Origin: Laetmonice hystrix
Lineage: Eukaryota
Direction: 5' to 3'
Length of the DNA: 64,000 bases
Assembly (NCBI GenBank): GCA_965235115.1
Contig: OZ249436.1
Location: forward strand, 49,416,001 to 49,480,000
The notes under the pieces are model-generated. The model saw only the letters and a list, made by a program, of their open reading frames with translations. It had not been told where the DNA came from and made no database searches. A program made the position numbers and the translations under genes. Positions 13,469-27,235 of this stretch are shown piece by piece. Each line of letters starts with the position of its first letter. Within the stretch, counting starts at the first letter, position 1.

Positions 13469-15599
13469 AATGTAGAACTGTTATCACAATGATATGTAAT
13501 ATAGCTGTTGCCACACGTTCACTAGCGGAAATATACAATCTAAGCCCTCTTTACTGTTGTATCCTGTTGGGTCCGTAGTAAAGTTTTACTGGTAATGTCA
13601 GGTTACGTATGACACTCGAGGTCCATGAAGTTTCTTTAGACTACAGTTGATATGTATGCAGATACACGGCCTGGCATGGCCAGTCACATGCCGTCGTTAC
13701 AAAAGCTCAATATAGTGTCGTTTGAAGGCACAAGTAGATCGAATATCTTGTTGCCTCCAGGGGGTTTAGAAAGCGTAGTTCGTCTTCCTAGTCGGCCTAC
13801 TAAATAGACAAATAGGAAGCGGGTAGGTGTGGTGTGAGGTGAACAGCTGCGCCGTTCCCTGGTGTCATATTGAATGGGTATAGATGCTGTGTCCATGGTC
13901 GTCTATAGGCGTTCATATCCTGACACAACGTTAAGGGTATTTGAGATAACCTCTTAATGTCGTCTTACCAGTCACTTTGTGCTACTCTGTGTGCTACTTC
14001 TCAATCTCATAGTTCAGTTAATCACAACTAGTGTTCCGAACGTCCTTGAAGCTGCTAACAGCGTTTAGTGTCAATACCAGGATGGCAGTGAGTAGATCCT
14101 GCCTGGTCAATATGAAACTGAAATGAACACATTGCGGTAGCCTTGCTTTAGGGGACTTTAGACATAAAAAGTGTCGTCAAACGTAGTCTCACGCTTAATA
14201 GGACCTAGCCTACATTATGTATGGAAACCGAAGCATGTCATGATATGTTTATATAAATGCATTATTTAGGGAATGTGACTAAGAATGTAATATGCTGCAC
14301 TATTACAGATCGAAGGCTCAGGATTCTTACTCGTACCAATTTGTTAGCGTTAGTGCATTCTAGAGTCCGTTAAGTCTCATATGACCCACTGATTGTAAAA
14401 TCTAAGGCGTTCTAAGGGCCGCTAGAACAGGCCTAGATTGCATGATAACAGTGTATAAAGTAAAACTGACGACTCGGACGTGAGTTAGTGAGCAGACACT
14501 TGGGTCTTGACCTCAGCGCAGCGCCTGGAATTCCCGGTGAGTATCGTGACGTGCAATCAAAAGGTCATCTCCCTGTGACGTCATCAGAGTCAAGGACAGT
14601 GGTAAACATTTGTCGGTCATATCAGAGCTTGTAGTGATCTGAGAGACGTAATCCACTGGTTGTCAGGCGAGTAAATGTTGTCAGGTCGACCCGTGTGTGA
14701 AGTGAGCCCAGGTCGTGGGGTGAAGGACTATGTCTACTGTAGACAATAATTGGTCTGTCGGTGTCATGCAGCACTCCTTGAACTTCATCCGACTCATCTT
14801 CAGATCCATGGATTGGTAAAGCAAAAGGTAAAAATATGGACTCTATGCCTAATACATGCGTAGATCTATTGTTAGGAGTATTACGAAGACAGCTTACGGA
14901 TGTCCAGAGAGGTACAGCTATGTTTTTATATCAACAGATTGCAGTCCAAAAATGTTTTGGGCGCAGTCGTCGATGTGTTTTAGCCTTCATGGGCCTATAG
15001 GCATACTCTGTGGTAGCTGTATACGACGTCGTCAACATACACAAATTAACGGAATATTCAGTGTCAAAATTACTCATAAACACGTCTTCATTGGCACGAC
15101 TTAATAAACAGGGGACATGATCTATCAGAGGTATAGATTGGTGTTGGTCAATAATAACAGTCACAAAATAACTGTAGGTCGCAACGTTTAAACTGTCAGC
15201 AGTGGTACTTACAGGTTTATAAGGTTCTCCAGTGTAGGCCTACGATGTGTTAACTACGACAAGGTTATAGTGGGTGATTTCGCACTAGACTTGCACAGAA
15301 AGATGAATCTTTCGGGTAAAATGTACTTACCGAAAACCCAGACAATGTAGAAGTCAGCTATAGGTAATACTGTAAATGGTTAATTGTTAGTGATGATGTT
15401 ATATCTAAAGAGGTCATGACTTGACAGCTAAGTGAAATAATGATGATACTATTTCATGATATCTGTTATGTTCTGTTATTGACATAGGTTGGGGCGTTAG
15501 GTATGGATGATCGTTCTTCAAGTTGTTCTGGTGCTTTCCCCAGTTAATTGAAAAAAATTGTTGTGAATGTTAATTTAAGAAAGATATCAAAGAAAACGC

Positions 15600-15605
15600 A
15601 ATAAA
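15600..15605 (+). terminator. Candidate VAChT polyadenylation signal (alternative at 15103-15108)
   Basis: AATAAA at the end of an AT-rich stretch about 3.5 kb after the stop, just before a tandem repeat. Confidence 0.35.
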
Positions 15606-15634
15606 AGTTATGCATCAAGTACACACAGCGCTTG

Positions 15635-16111
15635 GTCTGGATTCATTACATATCTCGGGTTTCATTGAACTAAATTAAAGCCAGTGTCTGGATTCATTAC
15701 ATAATGTCGGGTTTCATTGAACTAAATTAAAGCCACAGTGTCTGGATCCATTACATATCTCGGGTTTCATTGAACTAAATTAAAGCCACAGTGTCTGGAT
15801 TCATTACATATCTCGGGTTTCATTGAATTAAATTAAAGCCACAGTGTCTGGATTCATTACATATCTCGGGTTTCATTGATCTAAATTTAAGCCACAGTGT
15901 CTGGACTCATTACATATCTCGGGTTTCATTGAACTAAATTAAAGCCAGTGTCTGGATTCATTACATAATGTCGGGTTTCATTGAACTAAATTAAAGCCAC
16001 AGTGTCTGGATTCATTACATAATGTCGGGTTTCATTGAACTAAATTAAAGCCACAGTGTCTGGATTCATTACATATCTTGGTTTTATTGAACTAAATTAA
16101 AGCCACAGTGT
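15635..16111. repeat. ~52-bp minisatellite, about 9 copies
   Basis: Unit gtctggattcattacatatctcgggtttcattgaactaaattaaagccaca. Confidence 0.93.
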
Positions 16112-19100
16112 CTTTTCTTGGTGTTTACCCTGCGGACCGACATGTGTTAACATTACTTCAGTGCATGTCCACACTTGGGTTTTGACCTATGTATTTTGGC
16201 AGCTGTTTTATTGATTCGATAGGCCGACTATGTCTACATCGGTCTGAGTTAAACATCAAAGCTGAGAGGCTAGACCTATCTAGGCCCTAGTCCGAGACCA
16301 AAGTCTGCTACATACAGTCAGGCCTAGGTTCACATTGACCTGATACCGTGCGTCTGTTCTTAATAGGGCGCGAACTCTACATTGTTTTTAGTTACTTGGT
16401 TGGAAGTGATGTTAAATATGTTGTTGTCTCTCAGAGAATAAGTGCCATCTAGTCTCGTTCCCAAAATTCAGTGCCAAGTCTGTGACCTCGGCTCGACCCT
16501 AGCGGCCGCCATTTCGGGAAACGAAAATGGAATCTGTATCTAATCTCGTCTTGTTTAAGGCGTGTGGCGGGCGTACGTAGATTGTCAATTTCAGATCAAT
16601 GATTCAGCCTAAACGATCCTTTGGAACCCCACCATTTCACGCTTCAGGCGTCATTAGACTTCTTCGACCGGCCCCTCTCCGGCTGCACGCACCGCGCCTC
16701 TATTTACGTTCACCGGTCATTGTAAAATACGAAATTACCGCAATTAACGGCACGAAGAGTCATTTATGTGGCAACGTTTTGTGGCTCGGCGTGGTGAAGT
16801 AATGGTTGGGTGAGGGGCTCTCTACTCGAGTTGGCGCTCGGTAGAAAACGATCCCTGCCGACAATTGATGGCGGGCCGGCTGCCGTGAGGTGCGACAAAG
16901 GAAGCGGTTCGGATTTCGTTGTCGGCCTTGGCCGTGCATGGGTAGTCGGTTCGATAACCGTACCTGAAGGATCGAAACCCTGGGGATCGAAGGAGGGCTG
17001 GGGTAGGGTGGGGTTCGAGTGCACCCGGCTCGAGCTGGGTCATCAAACATCAGATGAATAGGTCTAAACCGAATTCAGGTCTCATCGTTCAAATTACAAA
17101 ATAGGGTCTAAAGGCCTAGTCCTAGTCCTACATATTATGCAAACCAATGGGGATTCTCATTTCAAATCAAATAGTAAAAAGCATGGGCCAACTTCTCGAT
17201 GAGTATGGCCTGCTAAAATATTTGCCTCTGAACCACTTCGTTCGCAGGTTTTAGTGGCCTACTCGGCCCACTCATAGCTCCCACATCATTTGTTACCAGT
17301 GCCATATCTCACTGCAATCTAAATATACAAGGTGTAGATGTCCATCAACGTGATGGGCTGCACAAAATAGGCCATCTACGGAAGTGTGTATTGTTAGATG
17401 CCAGACGGTCAGCAAATACTATAGCGCTTATAATCGTATCTTGAGAGAGGGTTCTAACATTGCGGCGTCTAGCAATCCGATGCAGGCGTGTTTGCTAAGT
17501 GGATAGCGTTTGTCACCAAATAAACGGCTCCTGCCTTGGGAGACGCTGAACGGCATTATACAATTGTCACGTGCGTCAAACAGTTGGCAAAAACGACTGT
17601 CGCTTAACATATATCGCGATCGATACCACAGAAACGCGCTTGGTTCGCACCGTGAGTAATGTCGGCTTGTGATGATAATATTGTGATCATTATAAATATT
17701 AGAGATCACTGTAAGTTTGAGAGCACTGGGCTACTTCATTTTACGACAAATAAGGCAATTACCTGTTGGTGTGGCAGAAATAATTAGGACTATATTTTGC
17801 AGGAAACACAGACGCGATGCTACGTGAAACCACTCGATTTTGAAAGGCTGGGAACATACCTGAGCGACATTACGCAATGTTATATGTGGTTTTGAAAAGC
17901 TCTTAATGATTTCCAATTTAAGCGAACAGAAATGAAGTCACACAGCGCAAATCATTAGGTGTTTTCGCTCTCATTGAAGACTATTGTCATAGTCGCGTCG
18001 CACCGCGTAGCGTCGCGTCAGATGAGTTTCCTACTAAAGCTGAGAACACACCCGTCGCGATGAGCTACGCGATGCGACACGATTACATGTATAAATAACT
18101 CGTAATGGTTTTCAGCGAGTGTGAACACACCGGAAGCTCCAGCCACGTGCAGCTCATACACTGAAAACAGTGCTACAATAAATACATAAATAGATTAATT
18201 AAATAAATATTTGTTTAGATTAATTCATTAATAAATAAGTAAATAACTAAATAACCTTGACATTTACTTATAATATATATACGAAAACTTTTTATTGTCA
18301 GCGAATGTTATTCGAGGTTTGAATGGTGCACAGCTGAATAACGTTGTATATAGTTTTAGTTTCGTTTTTTATTATCTCTTTAATACAAGGAATAGCTTCC
18401 ACTGATTTATAAATGATATTCTTCGTTCTTATAATTCATAACACTAAATAATATAAATGTCACCATTTTAAATAACTGTACAACCCTAGAGTCAGACGGA
18501 CAACAGCCCAACAAGTTCTTGCCTATTGGCCTGAGTTAGGATCTCGATGATGAGTTATACTTTTTGAAAGGCTAGCCCAGCAAAACGCGGAAAGTGAGTT
18601 CACTTATTTTGTTAATCTCCCGGCAATGCCTATTTTTAAATAAATGTTGAATCGATGAAAGGATTAAGTTTGCCGTGTTATTCTCCAGCCCTAGTCGGCG
18701 AGCAGACACTCTGGTGTACAGTGTGGCCATGACATTAACTGACGGCTCATGCATGGAGTAGCCACAATATGATCGACTTTCAATTTACCTTTAAAAACAA
18801 TGTTCTATATACCGTATAATAAGTCGAACAATGTGTTGTTTTTATGGTCGAGTTTGATAAAGTAGTACATAGAAACGGTCGTGTATATCAGGCCTTTTCT
18901 GCATACAGTTCACGGAGTGAAACAGATATACCGAGGCGCTGTAGTTTACTTTGGTTTTCCGTTTAAAGTTTATTTTGAGACCAACTCTGGCCTTCCGTCC
19001 TATGGCAGCATCTCTTGGAGGTGAAGGTGGGCCCTCAGATGTATCATCGTCAAAGAGACTTTGTTGTTTTCACGGCTATTATTTCCCTACGCCCGGGTTA

Positions 19101-19439
19101 GAAAGGTCATATATTCTGGCTGTGGTAGTCGACGTATAAACGACCTCTGATCAATATCCCAATAATGAACAGTGTTGTATACAGTACATGGTAGAGCTCG
19201 AATCTGAAGGCAGCTTGTGTGGTTCCTCCCGTCCAGGTGCGCAGGCATCGCTTCACTCAGCGGCCCGGGTATCTAGCTCTGTGTACCGACCGCCGCTGAG
19301 CTCGGGTGGTAGGAGTGACTACTGCAGCGCTCGCCGCTAGCTCGCCGCCCGGCTGACTGACTGACTGGCCGGCTAGTGGAGGTAACCCGCCGAGTATCGA
19401 GGCCCCGCCGCCCGCCGCCCGCCGACCACCGCCCTGACC

Positions 19440-19556
19440 ATGTCGAACCCGACCGCCGGTCCACCACCCGTCACCTCCCGATCCCACCCCGTCCGGCAGT
19501 ACGTCGAGCGGGTGGCGTCAATCGACGAGGAAAATTACCCAGACTGGAATATCAGC
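19440..19556 (+). CDS. ChAT: ChAT first coding exon (MSNPTAGPPPVTSRSHPVRQYVERVASIDEENYPDWNIS); exon probably spans 19237-19556
   Basis: Acceptor ttcctcccgtccag| at 19236; GC-rich UTR; ATG in gaccATG context; 39 codons ending at phase-0 donor AGC|GTAAGT, matching the phase-0 acceptor at 39393. Confidence 0.75.
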
Positions 19557-20647
19557 GTAAGTGACATAGGATTCGATTCGGCATCCTATTGTTGTTCATT
19601 CCATAGCATGTTTAGAATGTGTTTTACAAGAGTACATTGATTCTATTAGTCAGTAGATTTGTAAGCTATTTTGTGTTGTTTCCTATTCACTGTTTCCATA
19701 GCCATACACTATAGGAAACTAGAATTATACTTTACAACGTATGTGTAGTACCGCAGTGTTATAATTCTTTTATTACTTGTTTTTATGTTATTGTTGTCTA
19801 TCCCTATCGAAATATTGCCATGTATCATTAATGCACTGGACCAGAGCAACTTTCTGTTTTTAGTAAAAGGCAAATATCTAATAATAAACCAAATAACGTA
19901 TTTTGGGGGGAAGAGTGCCAATACTTGCGTTTTCTTCCCCGAGTTTTCCCCAAGACAGATTATAATAAAGGGTCTCATCCCAAATAACAATAAGATCGAA
20001 ACTGTAAGTATATCAGAATGCGAACTAGGACCTATAATCTTGCCTGGTTGAAATAATCCGGTCTTTCAAAGAGTTACCAGGTCTAGTCGCTCTTAGCCCC
20101 AAACCGCGGTGGAGTAATCATTATTTTCTTACGATAAAAACGTGCTTTTTGCAGCATATGACAAGAATGACAAGATAGATAAAATGAAAGGAGCTGACAG
20201 CCAGCGGTCTGGGTTGTTATTGTAGACATGTTTTAGCTAGCCCCTCCGTCCGTCACGGACAGTTTTGGGATGATGAAATGTGTATAATTACCCACCTCGG
20301 ACACGATACGAATAGACGTCGAGTCTGACCAGAAATCATCGCCCGGCGTCATGCCGAAACATGAAAACCATTATACCGCTCGCCCGCCCGGCCTAACGGT
20401 AGTCGGATCAGAAGTATCAATTAGGTCTGTTTGTGATGTCATCATAATGACGAATCCATCAAGAGAGCAGTCAGTAAACTGATTTGTATTAATACAGGCG
20501 TATAATCCGTTACCCTCACCACCCACGCACGCAGGATCGATGGGGTTTATAGACGGGTAATTAGGGAGAACATACACTTTGTATCTTGTAGACTCAACCC
20601 AAGTTACACACCGACCTGTACCTAAACCATCGGCAGTGGTAAAGGAG

Positions 20648-21062
20648 TGTTAGTAGTATTTGAAAATGGCACTTTGAAACATGCTATCAGAATGTTAGTA
20701 GTATTTGGAAATGGTCCGTTGAAACAGGCTATCTTGATGTTAGTATTATGTAAATGGCCCTATGAAACATGCAGAATGTTAGTAGTATTCGGAAATGGTC
20801 CTTTGAAACAGGTTATCCTAATTTAAGTAGTATTCGGAAATGGTCCTTTGAAACATGCAGAATGTTAGTAGTATTCGGAAATGGTCCTATGAAACAGGCT
20901 ATCCTGATGTTAGTAGTATTTGAAAAGGTCTTTTGAAACAGGCTATTCTAGAGTTGGTAATATTCAGAAATAGTCCTTTATAACATAGTATCCTAATGTT
21001 AGTAATATTTGAAGAGGGTCCTTTGAAACAAGCCATTCTAAGTTAGTAATATTCAGAAATGG
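20648..21062. repeat. Degenerate ~43-bp tandem repeat
   Basis: Recurring ttagtagtattcggaaatggtcctttgaaaca. Confidence 0.85.
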
Positions 21063-22016
21063 AAGGCGTGTTGTCGCTGACAGTAACCGTACAGGTGTGT
21101 TTAGTGTAAATGTCCTTTACGTGGTGTTCATGTTAGCCATTCTATCACGAATATTTAAAATTCGTATACATGCGGTGTTAAAATGTCTGTTCTATTTCGA
21201 CAAAGTGATTGTTTGCTGCGATAACTGCTCGAATGCAATAGTTGCAAATTCCTGCACTTTCTAATAAAAGATGCTTTATCTCACGTTTCAAACCTAACTA
21301 CGCCATAGGAGTCCCAATACCGCCAGATTAACGGAGGATCTTTTGCTGGATCCTAGCACCGTTAGAAACTCCGACTTTGCCTTCTATGAATAATATGCAA
21401 TCAATACATAGTTGCCACTTGGCGGCAGTGCTGCCTGAGACTGCAGACCAATATTTGAGACGAGTCGGGCTGTGGTAGACCGCCGTCCGTGTGGTGCTAG
21501 GTCTGGTCCGGACCGGCTCACGGCCAACCGATCAATAGGGGGAAATCAGCAAAGGGGGATGGGGGTGGGGGGGTTGTTCACAGACGGACTCAGTCTTACT
21601 TTCTTGGGTGACCTTGACGGTCAAGGGTGAATGAATTATCCCTCCCCTGTGGGACACGATGTGCAAGGCGTATCGAGTGCAGTTTTATTGGCAGTAGGTT
21701 TCAATATATACACGGCTTTTTACAAAAAGATATTTAACTAAAATTATATTGAATTACAGAGGAAATCTGGACTGACTGTACACCGTATCAATCTCACGAG
21801 ACAACCACAACCCACTCGACAATCTTCTCGCAGTACCATTATGTTAATGTGCAGCACAATATAAAAACCATTGCCTAGACGCGGTAATTCTTCAGCTAGC
21901 TTACATCCGCGGAACACATTTTTTCCGTTATTTTATGCGCATGAGTTATGGGCCTAGCATTATTTTTTATGGGACGACAGAACACACGAGTGAATGATTA
22001 TGTATATCCTTCTGGA

Positions 22017-22980
22017 TAGAGTCATTCTGAATCCCTCACATGTATGTACACGGTTAGAGGGGAGAGAACAGAGTCATTCTGAATCCCTCGCATGTATGTA
22101 CACGGTTAGAGGGAACAGAACAGAGTCATTCTGAATCCCTCACATGTATGTGCACGGTTAGAGGGGACAGAACAGAGTCATTCTGAATCCCTCACATGTA
22201 TGTACACGGTTAGAGGGGACAGACCAGAGTCATTCTGAATCCCTCACATGTATGTGCCCGGTTAGAGGGGACAGAACAGAGTCATTCTGAATCCCTCACA
22301 TGTATGTACACGGTTAGAGGGGACAGACCAGAGTCATTCTGAATCCCTCACATGTATGTGCACGGTTAGAGGGGACAGAACAGAGTCATTCTGAATCCCT
22401 CACATGTATGTGCACGGTTAGAGGGGAAAGAACAGAGTCATTCTGAATCCCTCACATGTATGTGCCCGGTTAGAGGGGACAGAACAGAGTCATTCTGAAT
22501 CCCTCGCATGTATGTGCACGGTTAGAGGGGACAGAACAGAGTCATTCTGAATCCCTCACATGTATGTGCACGGTTAGAGGGGACAGAACAGAGTCATTCT
22601 GGATCCCCCACATGTATGTACACGGTTAGAGGGGACAGAACAGAGTCATTCTGAATCCCTCACATGTATGTACACGGTTAGAGGGGACAGAACAGAGTCA
22701 TTCTGAATCCCTCACATGTATGTGCACGGTTAGAGGGGACAGAACAGAGTCATTCTGAATCCCCCACATGTATGTAGGCTACACAGTTAGAGGGGACAGA
22801 ACAGAGTCATTCTGAATCCCTCACATGTATGTGCACGGTTAGAGGGGACAGAACAGAGTCATTCTGAATCCCCCACATGTATGTGCACGGTTAGAGGGGA
22901 CAGAACAGAGTCATTCTGAATCCCTCGCATGTACTATGTGCACGGTTAGAGGGGAGAGAACAGTCATTCTGAATCCCTCA
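22017..22980. repeat. 52-bp minisatellite, about 18 copies
   Basis: Unit agagtcattctgaatccctcacatgtatgt(g/a)cacggttagaggggacagaac. Confidence 0.95.
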
Positions 22981-22981
22981 T

Positions 22982-23265
22982 CGGCACTGGAGGTTACTCC
23001 TCCCCGGCACTGGAGGCTACCCCTTCCCCGGCACTGGAGGTTACTCCTCCCCGGCACTGGAGGTTACTCCTCCCGGCACTGGAGGTTACTTCTCCCGGCA
23101 CTGGAGGTTACTCCTCCCCGGCACTGGAGGTTACTCCCCCCGGCACTGGAGGTTACTCCTCCCCGGCACTGGAGGTTACTCCTCCCCGGCACTGGAGGTT
23201 ACTCCTCCCCGGCACTGGAGGTTACTCCTCCCCGGCACTGGAGGCTACCCCTTCCCCGGCACTGG
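22982..23265. repeat. ~21-bp minisatellite
   Basis: Unit ccggcactggaggttactcct. Confidence 0.93.
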
Positions 23266-24125
23266 TATCCTCTCCCACCGCGGCCCGAACCACGGCTCCA
23301 GAAAGCGGTCAGTACATGGAGGGGGTGCTTGCATGCCGTCAGCCGTTTACTGCTAACTCGGGCGTGCACGCCAGCCTTGAACCCACTACGCTATTACATG
23401 GGTGCCAACAGTAGCGCCAGTCTCTGTTTAGTTACTGGTGTATAGCTGGTTCATCTTTCACATTACAAGATGGCTGGGCCCTCCAGGATCCAAGCGCAGC
23501 AGGCCTTACTGCAGTATACGGAAAACGTCAAGACGCAAAGTTCCTATCAGTTTCACACCCCAGAAAGATGCTGAGGAAGATGAAATGTTTGGGCGGGAAA
23601 CTGAGTTATCTTTTATCTAAAACACGGCCAAGCCCTACACGAAGCAATCTGAAAGCAATCCTATCCGGTCCTTATCAATATTCACTTCGGGACACGATAG
23701 GAGCTGTTTTTAGTATTTGATACATAACATGATTGGACAAGATGAGAAGTATTGTTTTACGATTTCCCCAGGCCTGAGACACCATTTGTCACGCACACCG
23801 GTCCCATTGGACCGGAAAACGTCACAAAACGGGTTGGGCAGACTGATCCAGGGTTCTTAATTTCCCAAGGATCTGCAATAACAATTGTTATACAAGCACC
23901 AGAATCTAAGTCCTGCTAAACCGTTCCTAAACATGTGTGTTCAGTTGCTGACTGGCTCTCGTTGTCAGGCCACAATGAAAGGCCGCACTTGAAATAGTTC
24001 AAACAATGCAATCTTTGAAGAAAAACTTCTATCCCTGTTCACTTCACGGCCGTCGCTGACTTTGTGTCTCTGTTGGATCATCTGTTCTGTGTAATCCATC
24101 AAAGACACGTCTTTTGTCTTTGTAA

Positions 24126-24373
24126 GACATGGATGAGTCAATATAGCTTCACTACAAACATAGATGAGTCAATAGACCTTCACTACAAACGTAGATAAGT
24201 CAATGGACCTTCACTACAAACATAGATGAGTCAATATAGCTTCACTACAAACATAGATGAGTCAATGGACCTTCACTACAAACATAGATGAGTCAATATA
24301 CCTTCACTACAAACATAGATGAGTCAATTACCTTCACTACAAACATAGATGAGTCAATTACCTTCACTACAAA
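24126..24373. repeat. ~31-bp tandem repeat
   Basis: Unit acatagatgagtcaatagaccttcactacaa. Confidence 0.9.
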
Positions 24374-25395
24374 TATCTATGAGATAGATAAAGAGTGGGT
24401 GTGTTCGTGTTCAGTGCAATAATCGAACCAATGAAGAACTCCCAAAGAACCAAAAGATATCCTAATATACGTCAAACACACTGATTTGCACAGGGAAAAT
24501 GACATTAGCATCAGGATATTGATAACATAGATGTCTTCCGAGGGAGTACAGTATTAGACTAGGTCTGACGTCGATCTATTTCTCTAACTATTAGACGTGT
24601 AACATTATAAGTAGGCCTACATCTTGTAACTTTGTGTGTGATACACCATGGATCGACGTACTTGGAGAGTATATCAAGAACGTACCATGTTGAATATTTT
24701 GACGAGAACATGCCCTTCCTGGTTGTAGACCTAACATTGCTGTCTATTGTCACAATTATTAATGTGACTTCCAGCACCATCCCCACGTCCCCTTCTAAAT
24801 ATCATATCGACCAGAAGCTAATCGTGTAATCTGAGGAGGGCATGTGGTCGATTTTATATGGGAGGATCGCGATGTGATAACGCTGACTAAGATAGAGATG
24901 GTATGAGGGTAGTTTGGTGTACAGGGTGAAATGACTACCAGAGTGGGTTGTGTCATGTTGTCGGAGGTAGTGTCCGGGGGTGGGGGGTGAGGGTTCGCTG
25001 ACCGCCGCGCATCGTGCCAGTCTGGAAGACAGCCGAATCGAACAACACGCAACCTGACAAAGTCGAGCCGGTCACATCTTGTATCGACTGCCAAATGACA
25101 GCGGTCAACTTCCTCCCACCCCCCACCCCCTCCAACCCCCACTCCTCCACGGGGATCAACGCCAATTAAACGACCAGAGCAGAATCATGTCGTGTGATAG
25201 CTCCTTTGTACTTGGTCTTTGTTGCCTTGATGAGGGAGCGATTTGTGCGTGGCGCCGAGCTTTGGACGGACGCCAAAAGACACACGCGCCACTTTGACGT
25301 GGCGTAGAACGCGAGTGTTGGGAGACGTCGTTTGGCGCGCGTCGTCTGCCTCCCGTTACCGACAGACAGACGTCAAAGCCTATCCGAGTCTTGTG

Positions 25396-25460
25396 ATTGG
25401 TGCCTTGTCATCATAACGATTTAAGGTATAAAATGAGAGGGATATACGTCGAAATCATCA
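25396..25460 (+). promoter_or_regulatory. Candidate internal promoter (reverse CCAAT, TATA box, Inr-like)
   Basis: ATTGG 25396-25400, TATAAAA 25427-25433, and TCA with the A at 25457, 30 nt after the first T of the TATA box. Confidence 0.45.
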
Positions 25461-25545
25461 TCTTCACTGTGTGTATTGGCTACATCGAGACGACGGCTCT
25501 GAGGAAACGAGCAGGACTGCTTCTTGGGAAGCGTTGAGAGCGGTC

Positions 25546-25626
25546 ATGTTTACGACTTCTCCGGGGAAGGGATTCTATTCAAGGAGGGAGATTTATCAGT
25601 TGCCAAGCGGCTACATTTTCGGAGGA
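25546..25626 (+). CDS. ChAT: Candidate alternative ChAT N-terminal exon (MFTTSPGKGFYSRREIYQLPSGYIFGG)
   Basis: First ATG after the candidate TSS; 27 codons ending at a weak phase-0 donor GGA|GTAATT. Confidence 0.35.
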
Positions 25627-27235
25627 GTAATTTGTTAGGAATTTATAGGCGAATCATGCGCAATACATTATCACATTTAATTTAGCTCTAAGGTCTATGG
25701 CTTACCATCTTATTTCCTGTAGGATAGGACTCAAGTTTGCAAATGCGGCGGATAATCCAGCCTTGAATCGATTGGTTATGGTACCCTGCATGGTACCCTG
25801 TTTGGTACCTCAAATATGTTAGGGGACGTGGACCCTCCCATCTGAACTGAGATGGTGCAATCTCTACATGTCCCTCTGTATCTAAATCCTGAATTATAAA
25901 TGTGTGACGGACAGGTTCATAACGGGGAGGGATTTCATAGTACGCTTCGTTATTGTAACAGAAATTTACCTGAGATTAAACAAACGTTCGGCTCCCTATC
26001 CTCCATGCACCTGTCAGTCTCAAATAAATAATACATTCAACCAGTTATTTGTTAATCAAATCTATAACTCATCCAAGGTCACACATGTATGTACTGCCAT
26101 CCCGCCACGGAATTAAAACCACACCTTTATAACCCCCACCATTCCACATCCCTGCCTCTGCCTACCTCATTGCAGGTGCGGCCATCAAATATGCATGAGA
26201 ACTTTCGATTCAGCAGGAAGAGATTTCAAAGCGACTCACTTCAGGAAACCGTGGTAGAATTAAAGATCCCAACATGTCATTAGCCATTCATGTGTAAGGT
26301 GTGTGGGGCCCAGCGTCGAGGTGTGAGGAACCACGGTGTGTGAAACCCAGCGTTGAGGGGGCACTGGGTATAATATCGGTCCACGTGTATGGATTGCCTA
26401 ACCCAGGGAGGTGCATGCCACTCCTGAGAGTGGATTATTTCTGTGGTGGACACGTGGCATGAGGTGTACATCTCTGAGCTGGTTGGAGGTGGGCAAGTAC
26501 CAGTAGAAACATGTTAGGTCAAACAAACTCCGTCCTGTTTCCATGTGAGGGTCAGTAGTGAGCCCCGTGTAGAATATACCCCCATCGTCGTCCCTCTACC
26601 CTATTGTAACAAGGATGGAGAGAATGGACTGGGGGCAGACAGACAGACAGACAGACAGGCAGACAGAGAGTCTGTGTGTCCATGAGAGAGTGAGTGTGTG
26701 TTTGGGTGACCGTTTTCAGAGGTTGCTGGTGGTGGTGGGGGGTCATTAACAATCTCTTCTGTACGATTCCCGCGTCCTTTGCGTGCAGATCGATCGACTG
26801 CCAATGTTAACCATCGCCTTGGACAAAACCACCTTAACCCGTACACACTGCACCTACCTATACCTACAAGTGTATTCTATAACTGAGAGATGTAAAGAAA
26901 AGTTGATGCACAGTGACAATGAATATTGTTTTCGTATACGTCCACATTTCTTATACCAGGCTATTCGTGATGTGTGCACTCAATAACGTCTGCGATTCGC
27001 CCAGTTAAATACGGATATATCGATTTCCTCCGATAGATTCGGAGTGCACTGCTGATGTAGAAAGACTCGGCCCCAAGTGGACTCTCATTAATATAGAATT
27101 GTATCAATAAATTCGACATTTACTCCTGTTCGTGCTGCACAGAGCTCTCAGCATTCAATCCAGCCGTGTGATTCCACGAATAGGTAACGTAAAGGGACAG
27201 AAAAAACGTGCCGCACTCGTAGGCGCTGCAAGAAG

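Noticed and set aside
16900..17040. GGTTCGA B-box or T-loop-like motifs suggesting a tRNA
   Set aside because: No cloverleaf or properly spaced A box could be built
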